Below are positions 8,313-17,546 of a DNA stretch of 64,000 nucleotides, piece after piece. How positions within the stretch are numbered: the stretch's first letter is position 1; every line of letters begins with the position of its first letter. Source of the stretch: a virus; the IMG/VR virus record IMGVR_UViG_3300032246_001783, positions 7,592 to 71,591 of that record, one strand, 5' to 3'. The translations under genes and the position numbers were made by a program. The notes beneath the pieces are model-generated. The model did not search any database. It was given only the letters and a program-made list of their open reading frames with translations, and was not told where the DNA came from.

Positions 8313-8691
8313 AATGAGTTTTAATTAATTCAGCGTACTCGCTGGCCGGGATGCGTTGATCAACTGCTTGCTGAACCACTGATACACATTCGTCAACTGT
8401 GTTATATTCTAGATTGTGAATATCTAAATATCCGGCATCTTGTGCCTGTACATAAGATTCCATTCCAAATCCAAATACATCATAAAGTGTTCCTCGATAA
8501 CTTGAATTCTTAACGAACAAGGCTTTATGAATACGACGAACCACAGCACAGAATACGGATAGCCTTTGATCCTCAGTGAGACTGTTCCAATATGTTTCCT
8601 GGTCCTGCTCAATTTCTTTCATGGCCTGATTGAACACTTCTGAAATGTCTTGTAGTGAGTCAAGTAGTGACTTTTTATTTTCTTCATCCAT
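8263..8691 (-). CDS. hypothetical protein
   Basis: 142-aa ORF; C-terminus similar to that of the next ORF. Confidence 0.65.
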   Translation of the reverse strand: MDEENKKSLLDSLQDISEVFNQAMKEIEQDQETYWNSLTEDQRLSVFCAVVRRIHKALFVKNSSYRGTLYDVFGFGMESYVQAQDAGYLDIHNLEYNTVDECVSVVQQAVDQRIPASEYAELIKTHFENKRNETRNSGNTDC

Positions 8692-8695
8692 ATAA

Positions 8696-8941
8696 TTATT
8701 GCCTGGAGGAAAAATGATTAAGAATTAAGTCTGCATATTCATTAGCAGGAACCCCGCGATCTACAGCATCTTGAATAATGTTAACACATTCCTTAACGAT
8801 CAAGTTGGTATATTCGATTAGTTGTTCATCGTTATAATTCATTTCCCAACTGATTAGATCAGGATCATCTGGAGTAGGATCATCATCATAAACAAAGAAT
8901 CCAGCATCGCTGGCTAGATGTTTAAATAATTTATTATTCAT
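8696..8941 (-). CDS. hypothetical protein related to the KFAELI family
   Basis: LIVKECV...AVDRGVPANEYADLILNHF. Confidence 0.65.
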   Translation of the reverse strand: MNNKLFKHLASDAGFFVYDDDPTPDDPDLISWEMNYNDEQLIEYTNLIVKECVNIIQDAVDRGVPANEYADLILNHFSSRQ

Positions 8942-8968
8942 GATTTATCTTTTTGACTGTATAATACT

Positions 8969-8996
8969 ATTATAACAAAATTTAAATTTTTGTCAA
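8969..8996 (-). promoter_or_regulatory. sigma70-type promoter
   Basis: Minus strand TTGACA-16-TATAAT; the spacer holds the 14-bp palindrome AAAATTTAAATTTT. Confidence 0.7.
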
Positions 8997-9029
8997 GACG
9001 CATTATCATTTAATTAAATAATTGCACAT

Positions 9030-9575
9030 ATGAAAAAATCAACTTTTTATTTAGACATGGACGGCGTGGTCGCTAATTGGTCCGAGGGTATGTATGAAAT
9101 AATCGGGCGGCGAGTCGATGATCCATCTGCACGACTCACTGATGCCGAATGGCAACTGGTATTAGACAATCCTAGAGTATTTCGAACACTACCCAAAATG
9201 TCAAATGCAGATATACTAGTCGATATGTCCCGCAAGTATAGGGATTTGTTAGGTTGGGATCTTTTATTTTTAACTGCTATTCCCCACGACAATGACATGC
9301 ATTGGGCATTCTATGATAAGGTAGAATGGGCACGAGAATTTTATCCAGATATTCCTGTACATTTTGGACCGTATAGTCGTGACAAACATCTGCACTGCCG
9401 ACCCGGTGATATATTAGTCGATGATCGACCTGACAATTGTTCAGACTGGGTCGATTCTGGAGGGACTGCATTTATGGTGCAAGGGCCTGTTTTGTCTGTG
9501 TTTGATCAAATTCAATCAGACTTTGATGAACGAGTTAGACTCAAATCTCTTCGAGATCTTACTTTGATTGTTTGA
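9030..9575 (+). CDS. 5'(3')-deoxyribonucleotidase, HAD family
   Basis: LDMDGV motif I, LTA motif II, K, and ILVDD motif IV. Confidence 0.85.
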   Translation: MKKSTFYLDMDGVVANWSEGMYEIIGRRVDDPSARLTDAEWQLVLDNPRVFRTLPKMSNADILVDMSRKYRDLLGWDLLFLTAIPHDNDMHWAFYDKVEWAREFYPDIPVHFGPYSRDKHLHCRPGDILVDDRPDNCSDWVDSGGTAFMVQGPVLSVFDQIQSDFDERVRLKSLRDLTLIV

Positions 9576-9576
9576 T

Positions 9577-9606
9577 AAAAAAAAAGGAGCATTATGCTCC
9601 TTTTTT
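9577..9606. terminator. bidirectional intrinsic terminator
   Basis: A run-GGAGCA-tta-TGCTCC-T run between convergent genes. Confidence 0.85.
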
Positions 9607-9607
9607 A

Positions 9608-9883
9608 TTATGCACCCATTATTTGATCATATCTGTCCAATGCTTTTAATCTGGCTAAACGAAGTTTATCCTTAACATAGTCTGATAGATCATCGGGTTC
9701 TGTGTCGACAATTCGGAATCTACGGTAACTGACGTGTATATCAGTGTATTCGGCTCCGCTGATTTCAGAATCATCATCTAACTCAAGATTACTGCTTTGA
9801 AGCAGGAGTTGCCGGCGTTGCGGGCGTGGCTGGAGTTTTAGCAGTAGCAGCCTCTGGGCTTTTAGTGGCCTCTGCTTTCTTCT
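9608..9883 (-). other. protein-like open frame without a canonical start (possible frameshift extension)
   Basis: Stop-to-stop frame reading ...NLELDDDSEISGAEYTDIHVSYRRFRIVDTEPDDLSDYVKDKLRLARLKALDRYDQIMGA*, ending just before the terminator. Confidence 0.5.
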
Positions 9884-10028
9884 CTACCTTTTTCTCGTCC
9901 TTCTTGGCAGCGACAGGGGTAGTAGCAGCCTTAACCGGTGCAACAGGAGCAGCCGGTGCAACAGGAGTTTGTGCTAGAGCGACAGATGTTGCTAGAGTAG
10001 CGATAATAGCGGTAACGATTGATTTCAT
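9789..10028 (-). CDS. secreted Ala/Pro/Lys-rich low-complexity protein
   Basis: AAGGAAA SD; signal peptide MKSIVTAIIATLATSVALA; PAT repeats. Confidence 0.75.
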   Translation of the reverse strand: MKSIVTAIIATLATSVALAQTPVAPAAPVAPVKAATTPVAAKKDEKKVEKKAEATKSPEAATAKTPATPATPATPASKQ

Positions 10029-10125
10029 TTTAATTTCCTTATGGTTTGAAATATCATGCATAAAACTATTCTATGCATACTATATTAACGCACGAGTTAA
10101 CTGGGTAGTTTACAAAAATTCTAAT

Positions 10126-10803
10126 CTAGATACTCAAATCTCGATCATGTGCTTGTTCTAGAAAATTAGACAGTTTTTCCAGAATTTTTTCATTTCTTAG
10201 GGTTTTGTATACTAGATTAGCGACACCGTATTCACCGGTCTGTTTTAGGCCTAATTTACGGTATTTTCTTAATAAATCTAGAAGTTTTTTGGCGGTTTTG
10301 ACGTCGTTTGACCTAATTATAAACAGAATTATTTTACGCCACACTCTATACATTTTATTAATTTCTGCAGTATCTATTTCGATAGATTCTGCTGGGTTGG
10401 GTTCAACCTTCCATTGATTATCTTTTAGACTCCAACTAGCACCGGTAGCCGGCATTTTTTTGTTTTCAACATACAACTCTACATCAATTCCTCTAATTTT
10501 AATATTAGTTTTTGTATTGTAGAGCAGCCGCTTGGTATCAAATAATTCTTCTAATTCTGTGTCGCAATCAATATTGGTATAGTCCACAATTAGATGCAGA
10601 TCTAAGTCGCTGTGTTTGTTATAAAAATAAGAAGCCTGACTGCCTGTAATAACAATGTCCTCGACTTCAAAAGGTATTCCTACAAACTGTTTAAAGTCGG
10701 CTGCGGTCTTTATTAAAGCAGATCGCACTTCTGGTCTTAAAGCGCCATTGCTCCAAAGAAGAGGATTTAAATTAGATTTGGGGGTTAATTCAACTATTGC
10801 CAT
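10126..10803 (-). CDS. Pol-beta superfamily nucleotidyltransferase
   Basis: ITGS...SDLDLH motif plus a third acidic residue in DVELY. Confidence 0.75.
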   Translation of the reverse strand: MAIVELTPKSNLNPLLWSNGALRPEVRSALIKTAADFKQFVGIPFEVEDIVITGSQASYFYNKHSDLDLHLIVDYTNIDCDTELEELFDTKRLLYNTKTNIKIRGIDVELYVENKKMPATGASWSLKDNQWKVEPNPAESIEIDTAEINKMYRVWRKIILFIIRSNDVKTAKKLLDLLRKYRKLGLKQTGEYGVANLVYKTLRNEKILEKLSNFLEQAHDRDLSI

Positions 10804-10832
10804 ATTGGAATATTTATCGATTAAATAATATT

Positions 10833-11393
10833 ATGATTTTAGAAAATTACAAAGGTTGTCTACTAGCTGCTCATCCGCAGCAACCAGATTCATCGTTAAG
10901 GAAAGCGGTGGCATTGATTATTGCACATGATAAAACCGGTGCATTAGGACTGCAACTTAATAAAAAATTTGACAGTGATTTTACAATGCTAACAGTCATG
11001 GAAAATTTAGGACTGTATTCAGATTTAGATCAACCCCTCTATAGCGGTGGCCCAGACGCTACAAACAGAATACATGTGGTACATTCCTTGGATTGGTCTA
11101 CTAGAAGTACGATTAAAGTTACTAATCAATTGGGCGTCAGTAATGATATCAGTATACTAGCAGCGATTTCAGAAAATGAAGGACCAGAATATTTTAGAGT
11201 AATAGCAGGATATACTCGATGGGCGCCTAAGCATCTAGAAGGAGAAATGCAAGGTACTGATCCCTGGTCAGTAACACAAACTTGGTCATCTGTTCCTGCT
11301 GATATAGAAAATGTGTTTAGTCTAGATGATATAGATCAATGGTACAGAACTATAGATGATGCCGGCCGAATTCAAATAGCCAGTTGGTTTTAA
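10833..11393 (+). CDS. YqgE/AlgH (DUF179) family protein
   Basis: LLAAHP, GALGLQLNK, GGP, GYTRWAPKHLEGE...W; start at ATG 10833. Confidence 0.8.
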   Translation: MILENYKGCLLAAHPQQPDSSLRKAVALIIAHDKTGALGLQLNKKFDSDFTMLTVMENLGLYSDLDQPLYSGGPDATNRIHVVHSLDWSTRSTIKVTNQLGVSNDISILAAISENEGPEYFRVIAGYTRWAPKHLEGEMQGTDPWSVTQTWSSVPADIENVFSLDDIDQWYRTIDDAGRIQIASWF

Positions 11394-12835
11394 TCCTTTT
11401 CAGGATTAATATTTGCTCTAATCATGCTTCGAATATCTGCAACTGATTTAACATTTTTAATTTTTCCCACAGAAGATCCTTGTGTGGGGTCTGGAATAAC
11501 ACCGGCAGTGTCCGGGCCTTCTTCCGAAGATATTGAACTGGTTCTTTTAAGACTGTTAACAAAATTGTTACCGTTAGATCGTTGTTGGTTAAAACTGGGT
11601 TCTTCGTCTTCTCCTAGGTCAGTAATTCTTAAAGTATCTTGATTAAATTCAAGATCTACTTTTTGTCCTACACCTGAACTGGAACGAGTTTTCATAAATT
11701 GAATTTGATATCTCCCACGTTCCTTCATTGCCCTAGATGTAAAAATACCGATCACATTATCTGCAGTCATGATCTTGCTTAACCCCCCTGAGATATGACT
11801 ATGATCGAATTCAATTTCTTCAACTGCACTTCGATTCAACTGACTTGCCGTTACAGTTACGCATTGGGTTTCCATGGCTAAGTTTCGAATCTCTTCTGAG
11901 ACATACTTATCTTTGACAAACAGATCACTGGGACTAACTTTAACACTCAGTGGCATCATTAGATCTAGATAATCAATAAGAAGCACGTCTGGTTTGCATC
12001 CTTTCTTAACCTGATATTCTTTTAGATATGCACGGATATCGTTACAATTTTTTCCCGAAGGCATATATTTGACCTGCATATTTCCGGACTTCTTACCTAG
12101 CATTTTGACTTTGAGTTCTACATCATCGATATTTTTAAAAATCTCACGAGTACTAATTCCTGTGGTCATGGAGTCTAGACGCATTGATACTAGCCCTTCG
12201 CTAAGTTCAAATGTTAGATACAATACATTCAGCCCTGCCAATGCCCAATTCACTCCTAGATTAGCCAGGAATAATGATTTGCCGCCGCCCGATCCTGCAC
12301 AAAAAATATTCAACTCTCCTCGATTAAATCCGCCATATAACTTTTTATCAATGCTAGGCCATCCTGTACTGATCTGTCCATTTCCATCTTTAAGTTTGCT
12401 GAGTCGTTCACGGGGATCTTCAAAATAATCAGTGCCCATATCTTTATTCAAACTGATCTGAATAGCATCCTTGATTAGTTTTTCTACTGGGCCGTAATCC
12501 CCTTTTTCTAGTAGATCAGCAGATTCTAAAATTGCTCGTTCTAATCCTTTATGCCTACTGAAGTTTTCGAACTCATCCATCAGCCATTCGTAGTTTTCTT
12601 TGGGCAATGATACTGCCTGTAGATCAGTGCCGCATGAAGAATTTACAATGGCTACTTCAGGCATGATCTTGTACTTGTCAACATATTTGTTAACAAACTC
12701 TGCAACATCATATAATTTTCTATCGAAATTTTTCGGATCAAAAATGTTTTGACACCGAATAAATGTTTCTGCATCCGATAGAAACATTTCTAAATAAAGA
12801 CGTTGAACCTCGAGATTATAATTTGGTTTAGTCAT
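11390..12835 (-). CDS. DnaB-like replicative helicase (T4 gp41-like)
   Basis: Walker A AGSGGGKS, IDYLD, ASQLNR, KTR. Confidence 0.92.
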   Translation of the reverse strand: MTKPNYNLEVQRLYLEMFLSDAETFIRCQNIFDPKNFDRKLYDVAEFVNKYVDKYKIMPEVAIVNSSCGTDLQAVSLPKENYEWLMDEFENFSRHKGLERAILESADLLEKGDYGPVEKLIKDAIQISLNKDMGTDYFEDPRERLSKLKDGNGQISTGWPSIDKKLYGGFNRGELNIFCAGSGGGKSLFLANLGVNWALAGLNVLYLTFELSEGLVSMRLDSMTTGISTREIFKNIDDVELKVKMLGKKSGNMQVKYMPSGKNCNDIRAYLKEYQVKKGCKPDVLLIDYLDLMMPLSVKVSPSDLFVKDKYVSEEIRNLAMETQCVTVTASQLNRSAVEEIEFDHSHISGGLSKIMTADNVIGIFTSRAMKERGRYQIQFMKTRSSSGVGQKVDLEFNQDTLRITDLGEDEEPSFNQQRSNGNNFVNSLKRTSSISSEEGPDTAGVIPDPTQGSSVGKIKNVKSVADIRSMIRANINPEKD

Positions 12836-13823
12836 TGATATTTTCTAATTTTTTCTTTAACAGTTGTATTTTTATCTCGTTAGTTTCTCGATAGTGTAGT
12901 ATTGTGAATAGGGTATAAAGTCTACCGTATCTTTTTACTGCGTCGGCTACGTCTTTTATATCCTCTTCCCAAGGCGGCATGCTCACAGACCATCCATTTT
13001 CTATAGCCGCTTTGATTAACTTAGCACCGGGGCGATCTCGGTCCGGTACTACAATAACATCTTTACCTAGGGCGTTTATTCGTGCACATTGAGTTTCATT
13101 TGGGTCATTGTGCATGACTGCTATTCCGTCGACGGCAATTGCATCAAATTGCCCTTCTACTACTATGACGTATTTTCTGTCATATCTTTGTCGATCTAAA
13201 TTAAAAACATATCCCGGCTGTGTATCTGTAAGATACTTGGGTTTACCCTCTCGAATTTTTCTACCGGTGTAGCCGACAATTTTGCCTTCATAATAGAAAG
13301 GTATTACAGCCCTATCTCGAAATCCTTTTGAAGAAGACCACATCCAAGTATACCAATCGAGACTCATTCCTCGTTGATCGATATAGTCAATAACAGAAAT
13401 CAAATCAGGTTCGTCACATCCATCTTTTATCCATTGAGTAATATTTTTACAGTTGTCTGGTAGAGGTTTTTCCACCAGATCAAAGTTTAATTTCTTTTTA
13501 ATTGAACTTTGATCTTCTTTAAGTTTAAGGGCCGAAAGAGCTAGTTTTCCAATATCAGCATCTGATAATCCTATCCATTTGAACAGTTGTCGAGTATTGA
13601 AACTTAATAGATGTCCTGTAGACCATCCTGCTTTGTATCCGCAATTAAAACAGTGATATTGAAATCCACCTTTTTGATTAGGTAGCACACCGCCACGTTG
13701 CCGGTCGTCTCGTGACTCGCCCCTATGATGGCAGCAAACCGAATTAAAACTGATCCAGCCACTCGGAGTAGTTTTTCGTTTAGGCGGCAATAGAGCCATC
13801 AAGGTAGCATAGATTTCGTCCAT
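12828..13823 (-). CDS. DNA primase (T4 gp61-like)
   Basis: N-terminal Zn finger (HCFNC); TOPRIM EGQFD and DRD. Confidence 0.88.
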   Translation of the reverse strand: MDEIYATLMALLPPKRKTTPSGWISFNSVCCHHRGESRDDRQRGGVLPNQKGGFQYHCFNCGYKAGWSTGHLLSFNTRQLFKWIGLSDADIGKLALSALKLKEDQSSIKKKLNFDLVEKPLPDNCKNITQWIKDGCDEPDLISVIDYIDQRGMSLDWYTWMWSSSKGFRDRAVIPFYYEGKIVGYTGRKIREGKPKYLTDTQPGYVFNLDRQRYDRKYVIVVEGQFDAIAVDGIAVMHNDPNETQCARINALGKDVIVVPDRDRPGAKLIKAAIENGWSVSMPPWEEDIKDVADAVKRYGRLYTLFTILHYRETNEIKIQLLKKKLENIND

Positions 13824-13832
13824 GCTACGATA

Positions 13833-14669
13833 TTAACTTCTGTATAGGGCTTTGTCAAAAGATCCGTAATAGGCAGGATTATCGTTATCCATATCAAGCA
13901 AACTTTGGTCAGGGATATGTTTTACTCTAATATAAGAATAAACTCCATTAAAGTTCATGTAATCTCGGCCGGAAAATCCGGTGTATACTCGAGAATCTAT
14001 AACGCTATAACTAGTATCCTGACTGGGGCTATTATCGAGTGTGCCCTCAATATATACTGTTCCCCTATAGGCAGATAGATAAAACGCTATGGTGTGTAAA
14101 GCGGTGTTGCCGTTAAACGCAGGATCTGCATAAATGTGTCCGCTCTTATGCTCGTATTTTAATAGTTTGTCATTCCAGTGCTTGGTGAATGCAGATATTA
14201 CCACACTATCCTGTAGAACCGGATAAACTTCATTGGTCAAATGCAGTGTTCCTGCCATTCCATAATAGGTGTTAGAATATGTGGGCAAATATGTGCCGTC
14301 CGAGTCTAACAGTTTGATAGTAAACTGATAACTGGATCTATCTAAGTCTAATGTATCACTTTCGTTCAAAGTTAATAATGCCAATCCCTTAGTAGAGGTA
14401 GTTGCTGTATCTAGTATTTCAAGTTCTTTTTCCACCATTAGTCTACGATTAACTGCGTCAAACATGCTGAATACAAAGGTTTGAGTATTATAAATTCTAA
14501 TCTTTTTTTGATCACTGTTTTTAAACTGTATTCGAACTTGATTTTTGATGCCTTTTTGAATTTTAAGGTCTCTCTGATACATAACCTGGTTAACTCCTCT
14601 TACGGTAGCATCCAAATCTAATGTTACATTTATTACATTGGCGTATAAATAGATTGGTAAATTTTGCAT
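13833..14669 (-). CDS. hypothetical (probable virion) protein
   Basis: Beta-rich 278-aa ORF; late-type motif 5 nt before the ATG. Confidence 0.65.
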   Translation of the reverse strand: MQNLPIYLYANVINVTLDLDATVRGVNQVMYQRDLKIQKGIKNQVRIQFKNSDQKKIRIYNTQTFVFSMFDAVNRRLMVEKELEILDTATTSTKGLALLTLNESDTLDLDRSSYQFTIKLLDSDGTYLPTYSNTYYGMAGTLHLTNEVYPVLQDSVVISAFTKHWNDKLLKYEHKSGHIYADPAFNGNTALHTIAFYLSAYRGTVYIEGTLDNSPSQDTSYSVIDSRVYTGFSGRDYMNFNGVYSYIRVKHIPDQSLLDMDNDNPAYYGSFDKALYRS

Positions 14670-14690
14670 GTTAGTATTTATTTTAACGAG

Positions 14691-15068
14691 ATGAGAGAAC
14701 AGTTCCAGGAAAATTTCCCATTTATTTCATGTGTTAAATCCAATGACAAGGAATATGTTGGCATCATTATAAATTTTGATGAACACATTGCTAGTATGTA
14801 TGATTTATCCATGATTACTGTCGATAATCAGCGGAAAATTTTTCTAGAAATGGGAGAAATTTGGTGGTGGGAAAGTAATAGAAAAATCCCCATAAATATT
14901 TTCCTAAAGGCCGAAATGCAAATATTTCGTAGTTTTATCAAAACTTTTAATTCTAAAGATGTAGAATTAATATTCGGGCCTAGTGTTAATTTAAGCGAAA
15001 TCGCTGAAAAACGAATTAAAAGAAAGTCAATACAACTGGTCAGATCTGTTAAAAGTTCCCGAGGCTGA
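14691..15068 (+). CDS. conserved hypothetical protein
   Basis: WWWESNRKIPINIFL motif; start at ATG 14691. Confidence 0.7.
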   Translation: MREQFQENFPFISCVKSNDKEYVGIIINFDEHIASMYDLSMITVDNQRKIFLEMGEIWWWESNRKIPINIFLKAEMQIFRSFIKTFNSKDVELIFGPSVNLSEIAEKRIKRKSIQLVRSVKSSRG

Positions 15069-15624
15069 TCTTTTCACATAGTAAGTTCATGTGAACAACC
15101 ACTAGCATGGCATAAGAAAAACTATGCGACTTTTTAAAAAAGTATTCATCTGTATCGGGTTTGACCCAGATTTCATTTAAAATAGTGTTCCAGTCTTGTC
15201 CAATTAGATATCTTTTAGCAGGCCTGATCATGGCTAATACCGCTGCCAGTTGCTCTATACTTTTAGGTTTCATTTGTCTAAGCACACCGCCATGGCCGTT
15301 TACATGAAACAATAAATCAGTAAAATCATCTTGTTCTAACAAGTCCCATAAAGGTTCTCTGTTCATCAATTCTATCAGATGATTTTCATCTTTGATATCT
15401 TTGTAGACGCTGACATTAAGAAAATCAATCTTAAAATATCCACGATTTTCTGCTGTTTTATAATCAAAACTAGCAGCACCTGTGAGTGGATTTAGAGGAA
15501 TCTCATGACAATACACCCCTGTGTTATGTTTTTTAAAACCTTGTTTATCTCGAATAGCGGCAGGAACATGCCTGATAAGATTCAATATCTGTTGTCTGTC
15601 AGGAAAATCTATATCAATGTCCAT
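15049..15624 (-). CDS. miniature DNA polymerase III alpha (DnaE)-like protein
   Basis: DIDIDF, HNTGV, FKIDFL, LAMIRP and FKKSHSFSY collinear with DnaE motifs. Confidence 0.8.
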   Translation of the reverse strand: MDIDIDFPDRQQILNLIRHVPAAIRDKQGFKKHNTGVYCHEIPLNPLTGAASFDYKTAENRGYFKIDFLNVSVYKDIKDENHLIELMNREPLWDLLEQDDFTDLLFHVNGHGGVLRQMKPKSIEQLAAVLAMIRPAKRYLIGQDWNTILNEIWVKPDTDEYFFKKSHSFSYAMLVVVHMNLLCEKISLGNF

Positions 15625-16436
15625 TGTTTTTCTTTATATTCGAGATTGACTAAACCGTATAATTCATCATAAGTGGGGGCATAATTTCCACGATGTTGCA
15701 CAGTTATACCGGCGGCTGCATTAGCGAACATTATAGCAATTTCTATGTCTTCTGTAAAGAGATACTGAGTTACAAGGGCTGCTAAAAACGTATCCCCACA
15801 TCCACAAACATCCATAACTTCCACCTGTTTGGTCGGAAATATTCGTTCGTCATCTAATTGTTTGAGCATTGCACCATCACTGCCCAGTGTAACAATTAAA
15901 TTATCGGGCATACTGAGTCCATTGTTAAATTCAGTTTCATTAATTTTGATATAAACGTGATCACCTTTAAACTTAGCAAGATCACGTTTCTTAGTATCGA
16001 TAAAGACAGATCCTGTTGCAGAATCGATAAGATACTGAATGTTTTCGTAACTCAAAAATCCTTTGTTATAATCAGAGATAACTATTGCATCATATTGACC
16101 TAGATCAAGAGCAGTGGTCCCATCCCATTGACTGATATCTTTTTCAGAATCGACTCTTAGTAGATGCTGATTGGATCTCTTATCGATATATCTAGTTTTT
16201 GTTATCAGTTCAGTATTGTGCACAAACTCACAGTTCAGGCCTAAATTTTTAAAATTAGCATGGACATTAGAGGACATGCCCGGTAACTTATATTCTTCTA
16301 CAATCTTGATCACAGGAACAGGTGCTTCAGGACTAAGCCTATCCACTGTTCCTATTTTGTATTCGTCGATACAACTATCGCCTATCAATAATACTTTGAA
16401 TTTTTTGTGTGGTTGAATATTTTTCAAGTCTGTCAT
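15609..16436 (-). CDS. hldA: heptose-7-phosphate kinase (HldE/RfaE domain I, PfkB family)
   Basis: RLSPEAPVP, SDYNKG and DVCGCGDTF motifs. Confidence 0.85.
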   Translation of the reverse strand: MTDLKNIQPHKKFKVLLIGDSCIDEYKIGTVDRLSPEAPVPVIKIVEEYKLPGMSSNVHANFKNLGLNCEFVHNTELITKTRYIDKRSNQHLLRVDSEKDISQWDGTTALDLGQYDAIVISDYNKGFLSYENIQYLIDSATGSVFIDTKKRDLAKFKGDHVYIKINETEFNNGLSMPDNLIVTLGSDGAMLKQLDDERIFPTKQVEVMDVCGCGDTFLAALVTQYLFTEDIEIAIMFANAAAGITVQHRGNYAPTYDELYGLVNLEYKEKQWTLI

Positions 16437-16779
16437 AGAATTCTATCCTTTTACAATATTCAGATCCTATAATCGGTTTGCCTCGATAATCACTGCCTTT
16501 GATCATTAGATCGGGTTGATAATTTTTTATATAATCTGTTAACTCTTGGTCCGAGTCGAATATATCAACTCTGTCCACTGATTTCAGTGCGGCTAAAAAA
16601 TAGCATCTTTCATATTCTGTGTTAACTGGTCTATTCCAGCCTTTTAATTCTCGTATTCGTCTATCACTGTCAATTAACACATAGACGTAAGATCCTGGCC
16701 AGGATTTTGCGTATTCTAATAATTTTAAATGTCCAAGGTGTAATATGTCAAATGATCCGTTAACTACAATTTTCATCAT
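16375..16779 (-). CDS. hldC: heptose-1-phosphate nucleotidyltransferase (HldE/RfaE domain II)
   Basis: NGSFDILHLGH, KG..RP, KGSDY and YSTT motifs. Confidence 0.8.
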   Translation of the reverse strand: MMKIVVNGSFDILHLGHLKLLEYAKSWPGSYVYVLIDSDRRIRELKGWNRPVNTEYERCYFLAALKSVDRVDIFDSDQELTDYIKNYQPDLMIKGSDYRGKPIIGSEYCKRIEFYDRLEKYSTTQKIQSIIDRR

Positions 16780-17546
16780 ATGCTATAGTGTTTTTTTAAT
16801 TTAGTAGTATCAGCACAAGTATATGTTTGATATTGGTCCTTTAAATTATCGGGCATGGGTATATATTCGATTACTGCATCATATTCTTTGGCAATATCTT
16901 CGGCAACTTTTTGAAATGATCTCGGGCGCCCTGTACCTACATTCCATATACCTGATTCCCATACATTGAAAAAAGTTTTATGCACATCAATTACAGTTTC
17001 TACAGGTACAAAATCTCTAAAATATTGATCAGAATTTTCAAATAGTTTGATCACACCAGTTTCTCGTGCTTGTTTTTCAAACTTATGATAAGGACTGGCC
17101 TGATCTCCTTTGTGATCTTCATGTGGGCCATATACATTAAAGTACCTAAATCCCTGTATATAGATTCCTTTCCAGGTACGACTACAAACATATCTCTCAA
17201 ATAAATATTTGCTCCAGGCATAGGGACTTTGCGGACTTACCGGAGCGTTTTCAGAAAAATTTTGTGTCAGACCATATACACTGGCACTGCTTGCGTATTG
17301 AAAATTAACCTGCCAAAGCCAGCATTCATTGAGTAACCAACAACTAAAATCGTAATTTTGTTGCATGATCATCTCAACGTTTTTTTCAGTAGTAGAACTG
17401 TTAGCACCTAGGTGAATGACCCAGTCTAACCCTCGAACATTTGGCAGAGCATCTCCCCATTCATGAAAAGTTAGATCATGATTCGCCAAATGTTCGGTCA
17501 TATTTCGGCCAATAAATCCTCGATGGCCTGTAATTAAAATCTTCAT
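16776..17546 (-). CDS. gmhD: ADP-L-glycero-D-manno-heptose-6-epimerase
   Basis: TGHRGFIG, HLGANSSTT, YASSASVYG, YxxxK, RYFNVYGP.E.HKG.QAS, YQTYTCAD. Confidence 0.85.
   Translation of the reverse strand: MKILITGHRGFIGRNMTEHLANHDLTFHEWGDALPNVRGLDWVIHLGANSSTTEKNVEMIMQQNYDFSCWLLNECWLWQVNFQYASSASVYGLTQNFSENAPVSPQSPYAWSKYLFERYVCSRTWKGIYIQGFRYFNVYGPHEDHKGDQASPYHKFEKQARETGVIKLFENSDQYFRDFVPVETVIDVHKTFFNVWESGIWNVGTGRPRSFQKVAEDIAKEYDAVIEYIPMPDNLKDQYQTYTCADTTKLKKHYSI

Noticed and set aside
9826-10161. Antisense and alternate-frame ORFs in the track (e.g. 9826..10161, 6756..7253, 24740..25153, 27308..27724, 34651..35067, 63623..63922)
   Set aside because: They are shadows of well-supported genes on the opposite strand, with no SD, motifs or independent signals.
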